DNA of 64,000 nucleotides from Bacilli bacterium (GTDB lineage Bacteria; Bacillota_I; Bacilli_A; ML615J-28; CAG-698), in the NCBI GenBank assembly GCA_918272565.1, contig CAKJYW010000002.1, positions 44,266 to 108,265 on the forward strand. Direction: 5' to 3'. Both the position numbers and the translations under genes were made by a program. Below, one piece after another: positions 47,578 through 58,205 of the stretch. The first letter of the stretch is position 1, and every line of letters begins with the position of its first letter. A model generated the notes under the pieces. That model saw only the letters and a program-made list of their open reading frames with translations, ran no database searches and was not told the DNA's origin.

Positions 47578-49847
47578 ACACTATAAACTGTAGTGAATGT
47601 TTGAATGTAAGTATTTTCTAATGAGTCAGTCCATGATTGATAGTCCATACCCTTTAGAACAACTTGGCTAATACCATTTCCACCAGCAATTGTACATCCT
47701 GATACTGAATCAAAGAAGTCATGAACAGCATCATAGAATACATTAGAGTTATTCCAATACATTGCAGCTTCAACTGATTCTGGATCGTCAATCTTATTTT
47801 GGATACCAGTTCTCTTGATTGATTCTGGATCGTATGATGGATCTTCACTATAGTATCTAGCAGTTCTTAAATATAAGTCAGTCATTGCCATGTAAACATC
47901 TTCATAAGTTACTCCAGCAGGGTGAACTGCGTCACGACCTGAAGCAAACATTAATAGAGATGTACCATATTCAGCAACTCTTGTTTTATCTTTATCCATA
48001 TCATCTGGACGAGGGAATGGAACATATCCGTATCTTGTATCTTCACCCCACATGTCAGTAGTCCATCTATTATCAGCTTTAACGAACCACCAAACACCTG
48101 ATGTCATAACAGCTTTACCTTCGATGAATGCACCACTAGATTCCATCCAGCTGTTTTCACCAGTTAAAGTACCTAATGCATATAAGCTTCTTAATACTTG
48201 AGCTGCTTTTTCTTCACGAGGGTTATTTAATGTTACAGTAACACTTGTTGGGTCAGCAATCTTGATACCAGTACAGTTTACCATACCTAACCAGTAATAA
48301 TAAATACTACCAGCAAGTGCGTATTCGCCTTCACCTAATAGTGCTTGAACACCATTTGCCCACTTTTCAAATTCACTATAAGTCCAATTGCCTTCATTGA
48401 AAATCTTAGCAGGACTTTCTACTTTTAATCTTTCAACCCATGCTAGGTTGTAATATAAACCATAGTTAGCAAAGTTAGTAGTTTCATCTGGTCCAGTTGA
48501 AAGTGCATATAAGCCACCTTTATATGTAGCTGATTGCTTTAATGATAAGCTCATTTGGTTCTTACCATATTTAGCATAATAACTCTTAGCATCATGTGCA
48601 CTATTAGCACCAGCAATCTTGCTTAACCAAGCACTACTAATTACATAGAAGTCAGCTTTAGCATCACCAATTTCAGCTTGAGCGTTAATCCATTGATAAC
48701 GGCTAGCACCCCATGGAGCATCATCTGGATAAGCTTCTACACTGATTACACAGTTATAAGTAGATTCGATTTCTCTCCATGCTTGTTGCTTGAACATCTT
48801 GTCACTTCCAGCATATCCATCAAGGAATGGGTCAAGATCAGATAATGCACTATCAGCATTCATCATAACAATCTTATAGTTTTGTAAGTCAGGATATGAT
48901 GTAGGGGCAGTAGATGGAGTTACTTTAACTTTAACTCTACTACTCTTAATAGTTCCATCAGCAGTATAAGCAATAATGTATGTAGTACCTTCAGCAACAC
49001 CAGTAATTCTACCATTAGCATCGATTGTAGCTACTTCAGGTTTAGTTGATTCCCAAGTAACGTTTTGGTCAGCTCCTTGAGGTTCAACTGTTGCTCTAGC
49101 AGTTAGTTTGTAACCAACTTCTACTTCTTCAGCACTTACTTCAACAACAACTGCTGTAGGAACAACAACTTCGATAATTTCTTCTTCAGCAGGAATTACC
49201 TTAATTTCAAATGTTGCTTTAACATTAGTATCAGCAGTAGATGTAGCTGTGATTGTTACAGTACCTTCAGCAACACCAACAACATTACCTTTTGTAACTT
49301 TAGCGATTGCTTCATCGCTACTACTCCAAGTAACAGCTTTTGTAGCTTCTTCTGGAGTTGCGCTAACTGTCAAAGTTACAACTTTACCAACTTGAACTTC
49401 AGCATCACCATTAATCTCTAAAGCAGTTGGGATGATAACTTCTGGTTCAGGTGGAGTTTCTTCTTGACCTGGCTTAACAGTAACAGTGAATTCTTTCTTA
49501 ACAGCCTTATCAGCATCAGCTGTAACTGTGATTGTAGCTGTACCAGCACTAATACCAGTTACTTTTCCATCTTTTATTGTAGCAATTGCACTGCTACTAG
49601 ATGAATATCTAACTTTCTTATTTGTAGCATCATCTGGTAAAACTTTTACTGTGATAGTAAATTCTTCACCAATTTCAATTTCTTCTTTTTGTCCAGTAAT
49701 TTCAATACTAGTTGGTTTAACTTCAGTAGTTGGAGTTTTGTCATCTGGTTTTGGAGTGTCATCTTCTTTAGGATTATCTCCACCACCACATCCAATTAGT
49801 ACTACTGCTAGTACCAATACTAGAATGAAAGAAAACCATTTTTTCAT
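47571..49847 (-). CDS. Paralogous surface lipoprotein 1: signal peptide/lipobox - 3x Big_2 - SBP_bac_1-like solute-binding domain
   Basis: MKKWFSFILVLVLAVVLIGCGG. Three Ig-like repeats (ATITVTADADKAVKKEFTVTVK etc.). The C-terminal ~450 aa follows the family-1 extracellular solute-binding pattern (KIVMMNADSA..., ATYKGGLYALSTG, LYYNLAWVERLKVESPAKIFNEGNWTYSEFEKWANGVQAL). Confidence 0.55.
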   Translation of the reverse strand: MKKWFSFILVLVLAVVLIGCGGGDNPKEDDTPKPDDKTPTTEVKPTSIEITGQKEEIEIGEEFTITVKVLPDDATNKKVRYSSSSSAIATIKDGKVTGISAGTATITVTADADKAVKKEFTVTVKPGQEETPPEPEVIIPTALEINGDAEVQVGKVVTLTVSATPEEATKAVTWSSSDEAIAKVTKGNVVGVAEGTVTITATSTADTNVKATFEIKVIPAEEEIIEVVVPTAVVVEVSAEEVEVGYKLTARATVEPQGADQNVTWESTKPEVATIDANGRITGVAEGTTYIIAYTADGTIKSSRVKVKVTPSTAPTSYPDLQNYKIVMMNADSALSDLDPFLDGYAGSDKMFKQQAWREIESTYNCVISVEAYPDDAPWGASRYQWINAQAEIGDAKADFYVISSAWLSKIAGANSAHDAKSYYAKYGKNQMSLSLKQSATYKGGLYALSTGPDETTNFANYGLYYNLAWVERLKVESPAKIFNEGNWTYSEFEKWANGVQALLGEGEYALAGSIYYYWLGMVNCTGIKIADPTSVTVTLNNPREEKAAQVLRSLYALGTLTGENSWMESSGAFIEGKAVMTSGVWWFVKADNRWTTDMWGEDTRYGYVPFPRPDDMDKDKTRVAEYGTSLLMFASGRDAVHPAGVTYEDVYMAMTDLYLRTARYYSEDPSYDPESIKRTGIQNKIDDPESVEAAMYWNNSNVFYDAVHDFFDSVSGCTIAGGNGISQVVLKGMDYQSWTDSLENTYIQTFTTVYSVG

Positions 49848-49959
49848 ATCTTTCCTCCTTGGTTTTAAGATAAATGTATAGGTTATATATTATGTAAACC
49901 TTTGCATACATATTATAACATATAAATAAATCAAAAAAAATCAATTTTTTTATAAGAAA

Positions 49960-49998
49960 GAAAAAAAGACTCTCACTTCAAAAGTGAGAGCCAGTTTT
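49960..49998 (-). terminator. Rho-independent terminator of paralog 2
   Basis: On the minus strand: CTCTCACTTTTGAAGTGAGAG followed by TCTTTTTTTC. Confidence 0.5.
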
Positions 49999-50006
49999 CT
50001 ATTTAA

Positions 50007-52289
50007 TTATCCCATTGCAGAATACTTAGTATTGAATGTATTAATATAAGTATCTTCTAGAGAATCCATTGTTTGTGAGTAGTCTGCACCTGTAACGATT
50101 GTAGTAATCTTAGCGCAAAGTGGAGATGTGGCAATTGAAGTATAGAAGTCATGAACTGCATCATAGAATACGTTAGAGTTAGTCCACCACATTGCAGCTT
50201 CAACTGATTCAGGATCATCAACCTTAGAGCTGATTGCATTACGTTTCAATGTTTCAGGGTCATATGATGGATCATCACTGTAGTATCTATTAGTTCTTAG
50301 ATACATATCAAGCATTGCCATATAGATATCATCGTAAGTAACGCCAGCAGGATGAACTTTGTCACGACCTTCAGCAAACATTAATACAGTAGTACCATAT
50401 TGAGCGATTTGTTGTTGTTCTTTAGTCATATCATCTGGACGAGGGAATGGAACATAACCAAAACGAGTATCTTCACCCCACATATCACTAGTCCATCTGT
50501 TATCACCTTTCATGAACCACCAAGCACCAGAAACCATAACGCAAGTCTTATCAAAGAATGCACCAGTAGTTTCCATCCATGTATCAAATGCTGTTCCGCT
50601 TCCTAGAGCGCCTTTAGCATATAATCTACTTAATAGCTCAGCAGCTGCAACTTCACGAGGATGTTTCAAAGTTACTTTAATAGCAGCAGGGTCAGCAATC
50701 TTAATACCAGCAGCATTAGTTAATCCAACCCAGTGATAATAGTAACGTCCACCAATTGCATATTCGCCTGCACCTAATAATGCTTGAACATTAGTTGCCC
50801 ATTTTTCAAATTCACTATAAGTCCAGTTGCCTTCATTGAAGATCTTAGCAGGTGATTCAACTTTTAGTTTTTCAACCCATGCAAGGTTGTAATATAAACC
50901 TAAGTCAACATAGTTTTGAGCTTCGTTTGTACCAGTTGATAATCCATATAAGCCACCACGGTTAGTAGCTGCTTGTTTTTGAACAACGTCCATTTGGTTC
51001 TTACCATATCTAGCATAAACTAATCTTGCATCATGTGCACTATTAACACTAGCGAAGTCAGCTAACCAGCTTGATGAAATAGTTAAGAAGTCAGCTTTTG
51101 CATCGCCTAGTTGAGCTTGTGCATTGATCCAGTCAATACGAGAAGTTCCCCAAGGAGCTTCATCTGGATATGCTTCTACACTGATTGTACAGTTATAAGT
51201 AGATTCGATTTCTCTCCAAGCTTGTTGTTTGAACATCTTGTCGCTTCCAGAATATGCATCTAGGAATGGGTCTAAGTCAGCAAGTGCACTATCAGCGTTC
51301 ATTAAAATAATCTTATAGTGTTGTAAGTCAGGATATGCTTCAGGAGCAGTTGAAGGAGTAACTTTAATCTTAACACGGCTACTCTTAATAGAAGGGTCTA
51401 CCTTAGAGTAAGCGATGATGTATGTAGTACCTTCAGAAACACCTAAAATCTTACCATTTTCGTCGATTGTAGCAACTTCAGGTTTAGTTGATTCCCAAGT
51501 AACGTTTTGACTAGCACCTTGAGGTTCAACTGTTGCTCTTGCAGTTAGTTTGTAACCAACTTCAACTTCATCAGCAGTAACACTTACTGTGATAGCAGTA
51601 GGAGCTTCAGTTACAGGACCAGTTTCATCATTCTTAATAACTGTTACTTCAAATGTTGCTTTAACATTTGTATCAGCAGTTGATGTAGCAGTAATAGTAA
51701 CTTTACCTTCAGCAACGCCAAGTACGCTACCCTTAGTTACAGTTGCAATACTAGGATCACTACTTTCCCAAGTAACGCCTTTTGTAGCTTCTTCTGGAGT
51801 GTAGCTAACAGTCAAAAGGATAACTTTGTTAACTTTAACTTCAGTTTCACCACTGATTTCAATAGCAGTAGGAAGGATTACTTCTGGTTCAGGAGGAGTA
51901 ACTTCACCACCAGCTTTAACAGTTACAGTGAATTCAGCTTTAACGTTCTTATCAGCTTCAGCAGTTACTGTAATTGTAGCTGTACCAGCACTGATACCAG
52001 TTACTTTACCATCTTTAACAGTTGCGATTGCACTGCTACTAGATGAATATCTAACTTTCTTATTTGTAGCATTGTCAGGTGTAACTTTTACTGTAACAGT
52101 AAATTCTTCACCAATTTCAATTTCTTCTTTTTGTCCACTAATTTCAATCTTAGTAGGCTTTACATCTTCTACTACTGGAGTGTCATCTGGTTTTGGAGGG
52201 TCATCTGGTTTTTCTGTTTCTCCACCACCACATCCAATTAGTACTAGTGCAAATACCAATACTAGAATGAAAGAAAACCATTTTTTCAT
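50007..52289 (-). CDS. Paralogous surface lipoprotein 2 (Big_2 x3 + SBP_bac_1-like)
   Basis: Same architecture as paralog 1; closest to paralog 1 across the C-terminal domain. Confidence 0.55.
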   Translation of the reverse strand: MKKWFSFILVLVFALVLIGCGGGETEKPDDPPKPDDTPVVEDVKPTKIEISGQKEEIEIGEEFTVTVKVTPDNATNKKVRYSSSSSAIATVKDGKVTGISAGTATITVTAEADKNVKAEFTVTVKAGGEVTPPEPEVILPTAIEISGETEVKVNKVILLTVSYTPEEATKGVTWESSDPSIATVTKGSVLGVAEGKVTITATSTADTNVKATFEVTVIKNDETGPVTEAPTAITVSVTADEVEVGYKLTARATVEPQGASQNVTWESTKPEVATIDENGKILGVSEGTTYIIAYSKVDPSIKSSRVKIKVTPSTAPEAYPDLQHYKIILMNADSALADLDPFLDAYSGSDKMFKQQAWREIESTYNCTISVEAYPDEAPWGTSRIDWINAQAQLGDAKADFLTISSSWLADFASVNSAHDARLVYARYGKNQMDVVQKQAATNRGGLYGLSTGTNEAQNYVDLGLYYNLAWVEKLKVESPAKIFNEGNWTYSEFEKWATNVQALLGAGEYAIGGRYYYHWVGLTNAAGIKIADPAAIKVTLKHPREVAAAELLSRLYAKGALGSGTAFDTWMETTGAFFDKTCVMVSGAWWFMKGDNRWTSDMWGEDTRFGYVPFPRPDDMTKEQQQIAQYGTTVLMFAEGRDKVHPAGVTYDDIYMAMLDMYLRTNRYYSDDPSYDPETLKRNAISSKVDDPESVEAAMWWTNSNVFYDAVHDFYTSIATSPLCAKITTIVTGADYSQTMDSLEDTYINTFNTKYSAMG

Positions 52290-52385
52290 AAAAAATCTCC
52301 TTTTTTAATTTTTGAATTGCGGCTATGCCGCTTATATCCATTTAATATTTTACCATAAATGTAAAGCGCTTGCAATTTTTTTTTA

Positions 52386-52418
52386 CTAAAAAAAGGAGAA
52401 ACTTTTAAAGTTTCTCCA
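52386..52418 (-). terminator. Rho-independent terminator of paralog 3
   Basis: Perfect palindrome GGAGAAACTTTAAAGTTTCTCC followed on the minus strand by a 7-T run. Confidence 0.5.
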
Positions 52419-52431
52419 ATAGTCTATTTAA

Positions 52432-54678
52432 TTATCCACCATATTTATTTACAAGTGTTGTAATGTATTCGTCGATTATAGCTTCCATACCTTGTTCGTA
52501 GTCAGCACTCTTGAATACAGCATTATAAATTGCAGTACTAAATGATGAACTATCACCTGAAATACCAGCATAAATTGGGTCGAACAAAGTCTTTTCAGCA
52601 GTATAGAACAAGAATGCTTCAACTGATTCAGGATCATCTAGTTTATTAGAAACATTTTGTCTCTTAATAGCTTCAGCATCATATGATGGGTCAGCTTGAT
52701 GTAAACGAATAGTTGTTAAATACATTTCTTGTGTTGCTCTAAATACATCTTCGTAAGTAACTGATCCATGAACCCATTCACGTTGAGCTGCCATAATATA
52801 TACAGCACCAGGAATCAAGTTAACATATGTATTTTCTTTACTGATGTTTGGATGATATGGGAATGGAACATATCCATATCTTGTATCTTCACCAAACATA
52901 TCTGAAGTGTAACGAGTTGAGTGTTTAACAAACCAATATTTACCAACATGCATTAATGCTTTACCATTTTCAAAAGCATCAGCTACATCGCTTGAGTTAT
53001 CACTTGTTGGGTCATATGCACCAGCTACATAAATTTGATTTAAGATGCTTGCGGCATCAATTGCAAATCTATGTTTATAATTCATTTCTAATGTAGTAAC
53101 ATTAGCGATTCTAACACCACTAGCATTAACCATACCTTCAAATAATTTACCAACTTGTCCACTTAAAACATATGTTCCACTAGGAAGTAATGCTTGAGCA
53201 GCAAGTGCCCAGTCTAGGAAGTCATCAAATGTCCATTTGCCTTCATTAAATAATCTAGCAGGGTTTTGAATCTTATATTTTTCTAACATTCCAAGGTTAT
53301 AATAAATACCTTCATCAGCATAAGTTGATGTTCCACTTATACCAGTTGATACGGCATACATATCACCTTTAACTGAGGCTGCTTGACGAGCTGCAGGTTC
53401 AATTTGGTTCTTACCATATTTAGCAAAGAATGAAGTTGTAGCTGTCATAGCTCCACTAGAATAGAATCTTGGAACCCAGTCAGTTTCAACAACAAAGAAG
53501 TCAGCTAAAGCTTTACCAAGTTCTGCTTGAGAGTTGATCCATGTGATTCTACTTTCACCCCATGGAGCATCATCAGGATAGCCTATTACTTCAAAGCTAC
53601 AATTGAATTTTTTTCCTATTTCAGTCCAAGCTTGTTGCTTAAACATCTTATCACTTGAGCCATATCCTTCTAAGAATGGGTCAACTTCAGCAAGAGCACT
53701 ATCAGCAATCATAAATTGAATTACATAGCCTTGCATATCATTGATTGGAAAGGCAGCAGATGGGTCAGCATTAACTTTTAATTTGAATCTGCTACTCTTG
53801 ATTGTTTCATCTTTTGCGTAATAAGCAATGATGTATGTTGTACCTTCAGCGACACCTGTTACAACACCTTTATCATCGATTGTTGCAATTTCTGGTTTAG
53901 TTGATTCCCAACGAACACCATTATCAGCACCATCAGGTAAAATGTTAGCTACAAGTCTAACTGAATATCCTACTTCAACTTCACTTTCACCAGTGATAGT
54001 GATTGATTCAGGCTTTACCACTTCAACAACGCTAGCTTCTTTTACTGTGATTTCAACTGAAGCAGTTAAAGTTGCTACTTTATTTGATGTAGCTGTAATT
54101 GTTACAGTTCCTTGTTTAATACCCTTAACAACACCATTAGTGATTGTAGCGATACTTGGATCACTACTAGTCCATGTTACATCATTTGAAGCTCCATCAG
54201 GTTTAGCAGTAACTGTTAAAGCAATTGATTTACCTTCTTCAACTTCGCTCTTACCATTAATTGTAATTTCCTCTGGTAATATTTCAACTGGAGGTTCATC
54301 TCCGTTTGGTTTAACAGTAACTGTGAATTCTTTCTTAACAGCTTTATCAGCATCAGCTGTAACTGTGATTGTAGCTGTACCAGCACTAATACCAGTTACT
54401 TTTCCATCTTTTATTGTAGCAATAGCGCTACTACTAGTTGAATATCTAACTTTCTTATTTGTAGCATCATCTGGTAAAACTTTTACAGTAATTGTAAATT
54501 CTTCACCAATTTCAATTTCTTCTTTTTGTCCAGTAATTTCAATACTAGTTGGTTTAACTTCAGTAACAACTGGTTCTGGATCTTTTCCTTGTTCCTTTTC
54601 AGGTTCTTTTTCTCCACCACAACCAATTAGTACTACTGCTAGTACCATAACTAGAATGAACGAAAACCATTTCTTCAT
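52432..54678 (-). CDS. Paralogous surface lipoprotein 3 (Big_2 x3 + SBP_bac_1-like)
   Basis: Start set at MKKWFSFILVMVLAVVLIGCGG (Met 5 of the track ORF). Its C-terminal domain is closer to paralog 4 than to paralogs 1 and 2. Confidence 0.55.
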   Translation of the reverse strand: MKKWFSFILVMVLAVVLIGCGGEKEPEKEQGKDPEPVVTEVKPTSIEITGQKEEIEIGEEFTITVKVLPDDATNKKVRYSTSSSAIATIKDGKVTGISAGTATITVTADADKAVKKEFTVTVKPNGDEPPVEILPEEITINGKSEVEEGKSIALTVTAKPDGASNDVTWTSSDPSIATITNGVVKGIKQGTVTITATSNKVATLTASVEITVKEASVVEVVKPESITITGESEVEVGYSVRLVANILPDGADNGVRWESTKPEIATIDDKGVVTGVAEGTTYIIAYYAKDETIKSSRFKLKVNADPSAAFPINDMQGYVIQFMIADSALAEVDPFLEGYGSSDKMFKQQAWTEIGKKFNCSFEVIGYPDDAPWGESRITWINSQAELGKALADFFVVETDWVPRFYSSGAMTATTSFFAKYGKNQIEPAARQAASVKGDMYAVSTGISGTSTYADEGIYYNLGMLEKYKIQNPARLFNEGKWTFDDFLDWALAAQALLPSGTYVLSGQVGKLFEGMVNASGVRIANVTTLEMNYKHRFAIDAASILNQIYVAGAYDPTSDNSSDVADAFENGKALMHVGKYWFVKHSTRYTSDMFGEDTRYGYVPFPYHPNISKENTYVNLIPGAVYIMAAQREWVHGSVTYEDVFRATQEMYLTTIRLHQADPSYDAEAIKRQNVSNKLDDPESVEAFLFYTAEKTLFDPIYAGISGDSSSFSTAIYNAVFKSADYEQGMEAIIDEYITTLVNKYGG

Positions 54679-54751
54679 GTTTACCTCCAAGAATAATTCT
54701 TTGTAAGCCTTTTCTTACATATATATTTTATCATACATAGCAATATCAAAC

Positions 54752-54780
54752 AACAAAAAAAGCATGATTAATCATGCTTT
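54752..54780 (-). terminator. Rho-independent terminator of the MscS gene (hairpin spans its stop codon)
   Basis: On the minus strand: AAGCATGATTAATCATGCTT followed by a 7-T run. Confidence 0.45.
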
Positions 54781-55703
54781 TCTTCTTCACTTTTTTTATC
54801 TCTATAACTAACAGTTATTTGGTTGAATGGAATAGTAATATTATTCTCATTGAATATTAAATATAATTCTCTATTTAAATCACGTTGAACCTGATAAATA
54901 TCACTTTCTTTACACTTAGCAATGAATAACAAGTTGACACTTGATGATCCTAGTTCACTTACACCTTTGTAAATAGGCGCATCGACCATTCCATTAACAT
55001 TCTTCTTTAATCTTTCAATATTTTGTTTAAATACTTCTTCTACTCTCTTTAAATCCTCACCATAATCGATACTCATAGTACATTTAGCATAAGATAATTC
55101 TGATGTTTGGTTGATAATGTTTTTAATATCACTGTTATTAATTATCTTAACATTACCACCAGCATCCATAACTTTAGTCACTCTAATACCGATGTCACTA
55201 ACTGTGCCTCTAAATCCATCAATTGTTATGATATCACCAACTTCATATTCTCCCTCAAATACGATGAAGAAACCAGCGATGATGTCAGCTATCAAACTTT
55301 GAGCACCAAGACCTATAACTAGGGCTAAAATACCAGCACTAGCTAGTAGAGTTGAAGTATCAACTCCAAAGGCACCAAGTACAAGTAGTATTGTAATAAT
55401 GATTACTACCCATTTAATAATACTTTTAATTAGACCTAAAATAGTCTTAGCTTTGTTTGACTTTGAAAATGTCTTTTCAGCAACAAAATGAACAATATAA
55501 ATAATCCATGCACTAACAGTAACAATTTGGAATGATTTGATTGCTGCAGGGATCTTTGTCCATAAGAAATTAATTACTGTATTTTGAAATTGATAAGTGA
55601 AAAATATGGAATTTCCACCTGTTATAAAACCTTGAAAAGCCGCAATAGCCACAGTTATTGCAAGCATTACTACTAATGCTATAAAACCTCTACTTATTTT
55701 CAT
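54768..55703 (-). CDS. Mechanosensitive ion channel family protein (MscS-like)
   Basis: Three TM helices, then the MscS beta-domain ...GAQSLIADIIAGFFIVFEGEYEVGDIITIDGFRGTVSDIGIRVTKV...; 311 aa. Confidence 0.75.
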   Translation of the reverse strand: MKISRGFIALVVMLAITVAIAAFQGFITGGNSIFFTYQFQNTVINFLWTKIPAAIKSFQIVTVSAWIIYIVHFVAEKTFSKSNKAKTILGLIKSIIKWVVIIITILLVLGAFGVDTSTLLASAGILALVIGLGAQSLIADIIAGFFIVFEGEYEVGDIITIDGFRGTVSDIGIRVTKVMDAGGNVKIINNSDIKNIINQTSELSYAKCTMSIDYGEDLKRVEEVFKQNIERLKKNVNGMVDAPIYKGVSELGSSSVNLLFIAKCKESDIYQVQRDLNRELYLIFNENNITIPFNQITVSYRDKKSEEEKHD

Positions 55704-55714
55704 AAAATGTCCTC

Positions 55715-56545
55715 CTATATTGAAACATATGTGTCAAGTAGCGAATATACTTCGCCATTATAAATACAAGTAATAACAAGGTGGATATGCTCTTTATTAG
55801 TGAAATCAGCTTCACTAATATCTATTCTTTGTTCGGTAGTGTATCCATCCAAAAAAAAGTACTCTATCTCATTCCCTTTATCATCACTTAAATACGCTTT
55901 AAATTCATAATATGTATATTCCGTATCAATAAAATCAAGCTTTATATGGAAGCATCCATCGATATTACACTTACATTCGTAACTTACTTTAATATCACCA
56001 ATATCAGTAACTATAACATCATGTTGCTTCTTAGTCTTAACTTCAATTTCTTTGATTACATCATTACCATATCTTTCTTCTCCACAAACAGCTAATTTGT
56101 AGCTTGTCTCAGCTTCTAGTTCCATAAACTCACCAGAATTAAAACCACTATAACCAATCACTTCGTATTCATAGTTATCATTATACAATTTGATTGTTAA
56201 ATCTTCAGTGCTTTCTCCGATATCGATGTGATAAAAGATTTCATTTTCTCCAACTTCGACCATCTCAAACTCTACATTAGGTCGCTCATTTAAGATATCC
56301 ATATTTAGAATAAATAGTGTAGCCACAACCGCAACAGTTCCGGTTGCAGCAGTGTAAGTCATAGCTTTAATAATAGTATTAATGGTATCCATTATTTTAT
56401 TACTCTTTTTGCTAGTACCACTACTATTTGTTGCCCCCACATTAAATTCATCTGGAATTTGATATTCTTTTGCTTCACTAAATTCATTTGGTTGGGTGTT
56501 CGTTGGCTTTGGAGTGGATACTATTTCATTGAATTCGTCTTTCAT
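55715..56545 (-). CDS. Hypothetical bitopic membrane protein (cytoplasmic N-tail, one TM, extracellular beta-rich domain)
   Basis: TM segment AATGTVAVVATLFILNM; no recognisable motifs. Overlaps the upstream gene by 4 nt, suggesting translational coupling. Confidence 0.3.
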   Translation of the reverse strand: MKDEFNEIVSTPKPTNTQPNEFSEAKEYQIPDEFNVGATNSSGTSKKSNKIMDTINTIIKAMTYTAATGTVAVVATLFILNMDILNERPNVEFEMVEVGENEIFYHIDIGESTEDLTIKLYNDNYEYEVIGYSGFNSGEFMELEAETSYKLAVCGEERYGNDVIKEIEVKTKKQHDVIVTDIGDIKVSYECKCNIDGCFHIKLDFIDTEYTYYEFKAYLSDDKGNEIEYFFLDGYTTEQRIDISEADFTNKEHIHLVITCIYNGEVYSLLDTYVSI

Positions 56546-58116
56546 ACGATTAGTCCCCTCCTTTTTAGTATAATTACACCTACTACGCTCACTATAGCAA
56601 TCGAAGAAAAAGTGAGGATCATTGCTAGATATGGAGTCTTTTCATATTTCACTAAATAGATATTGCTAATATCTTTTGTTTTAATGACAATTTTTTTATC
56701 ACTATAAACGTAGTCTACTTTTTTTCTAACGCCATCAGTAAAGGTAAATAGATCAAAATCACCTATACCATCTAAATCATCATAAATAGTAATGACAACA
56801 TCACTATCAAAATGCTCTATAACATTATAAGTATCATCTATAATAGTAATAGTATACATTTTATTAGCCCAATCGACGTCAGCTACATTCTTGTATACAT
56901 TAAGTGAATAGTTACCAGTTGCGCTAGTTACGCCTTTAGCACTAGCCCTATATTGATAATCTTCATTGTAATATTCTTTGCTAGTTTCTATAACTACCTT
57001 TTCTATATCATTAATATTACTTAATAATTCACTTCTTAAATTATCTACTTCGTTTCTTAAAGTTAAGTCGGGAAGTAAATCAAAACTATCATCAATCAGC
57101 TTTTTAACTCTAATCAAGTTTTCACTAGTATAGATTTCTTTTAATTTTGCTTCACTATAGAAATCATTAAAATAATTAACAAATCTTTCTTTTGCTTGTA
57201 AAAGATAGACATAATCTTTTCCCTCATTATAGAAATTATCAAGTTCTTCACTCTTTTCTATAACATAGAAATCTCTATCACTATAACATCTATCATATAG
57301 AAAGCCACTTACACTACTAACATACAATGATACTTTACTAACAACTTCTTCTTCATCATGAACATTTAGTAATGCAAGGATTTTATTACTAACTATAATC
57401 TTTTCTTCTTCATATTTAGCTTTCTCTAAATAGTCATCTATAAATAAATCGCTATATCCTTCTTCTTCGCTTCTTTCTATAATATACCTTGAATAAAGGA
57501 TATTAAAAGAACTATAATCACTAGCTATGGTTTCTAAAGAAGATATATCATTTTCATCTATATCATCGAAATCTTTTTGTAATATAGGGTATTTTGCCTC
57601 TATTGCCTCTTTTAAAGCTTCCCTAATATCTTCTTCTACAACACTTCTTAACACCGAGAACTCAATATATTCGTTATCGTTTATAGATTGTAAAATATCT
57701 TCTTCATACTTTTCTATAATAATAGAATAATCTAAACCTAAGTCTTCTTTTAGAATCTCAAGGTGGTTTCTACCAAGGTCACTAAATTCTTCATATATTT
57801 CATTAATCAGTTCATCTATCTTATTATAGAGTTCTTCTATTTCTATATCTATATCTAAGTAATATGACAAAGAATCAATATAACTATCTAAACTTTCATC
57901 ATAGTCATAATCATATCCTTTTAGTGGACTAATTCTTTCACTAAATTGATCGATTAGTTCTTGTCTATATTCTAAATCATCTTCGGCTTCACCTGTCCCT
58001 GTTGGGTCATCCCCCGGTGCTGCAAGGATAGATACACCAAAAGAAAAGACAAAAAGAATTAAGATAAATGATAATATTAACTTTTTGGCATTAATTTTAT
58101 TCATAATCTTCACCAA
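56542..58116 (-). CDS. Hypothetical highly acidic secreted protein with N-terminal signal peptide and C-terminal TM anchor (KRRGLIV tail, no LPXTG)
   Basis: Signal KKLILSFILILFVFSFGVSILAAPGDD. Overall D/E/Y-rich with predicted helices. C-terminal YLAMILTFSSIAIVSVVGVIILKRRGLIV. 524 aa. Confidence 0.3.
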   Translation of the reverse strand: MVKIMNKINAKKLILSFILILFVFSFGVSILAAPGDDPTGTGEAEDDLEYRQELIDQFSERISPLKGYDYDYDESLDSYIDSLSYYLDIDIEIEELYNKIDELINEIYEEFSDLGRNHLEILKEDLGLDYSIIIEKYEEDILQSINDNEYIEFSVLRSVVEEDIREALKEAIEAKYPILQKDFDDIDENDISSLETIASDYSSFNILYSRYIIERSEEEGYSDLFIDDYLEKAKYEEEKIIVSNKILALLNVHDEEEVVSKVSLYVSSVSGFLYDRCYSDRDFYVIEKSEELDNFYNEGKDYVYLLQAKERFVNYFNDFYSEAKLKEIYTSENLIRVKKLIDDSFDLLPDLTLRNEVDNLRSELLSNINDIEKVVIETSKEYYNEDYQYRASAKGVTSATGNYSLNVYKNVADVDWANKMYTITIIDDTYNVIEHFDSDVVITIYDDLDGIGDFDLFTFTDGVRKKVDYVYSDKKIVIKTKDISNIYLVKYEKTPYLAMILTFSSIAIVSVVGVIILKRRGLIV

Positions 58117-58157
58117 TTTTTATATTAATATTTTAATATAAATAGCCCATTTTTACA

Positions 58158-58198
58158 ATAAAAAAATCCCAAGTAGGATTAAATTCCTACTTGGGATA
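58158..58198 (-). terminator. Rho-independent terminator of paralog 4
   Basis: On the minus strand: ATCCCAAGTAGGAATTTAATCCTACTTGGGAT followed by a 7-T run. Confidence 0.5.
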
Positions 58199-58205
58199 TT
58201 ATTCG

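Noticed and set aside
49486-54706. Plus-strand ORFs 49486-49881, 51826-52308, 53828-54706 and 60238-60513 (Ala/Ser/Thr/Val-rich low-complexity translations)
   Set aside because: They lie entirely antisense to the Big_2 regions of the paralogous lipoprotein genes. Their composition is the mirror of the repetitive Thr/Val/Ala-coding sense strand, and there are no start-context or domain signals.
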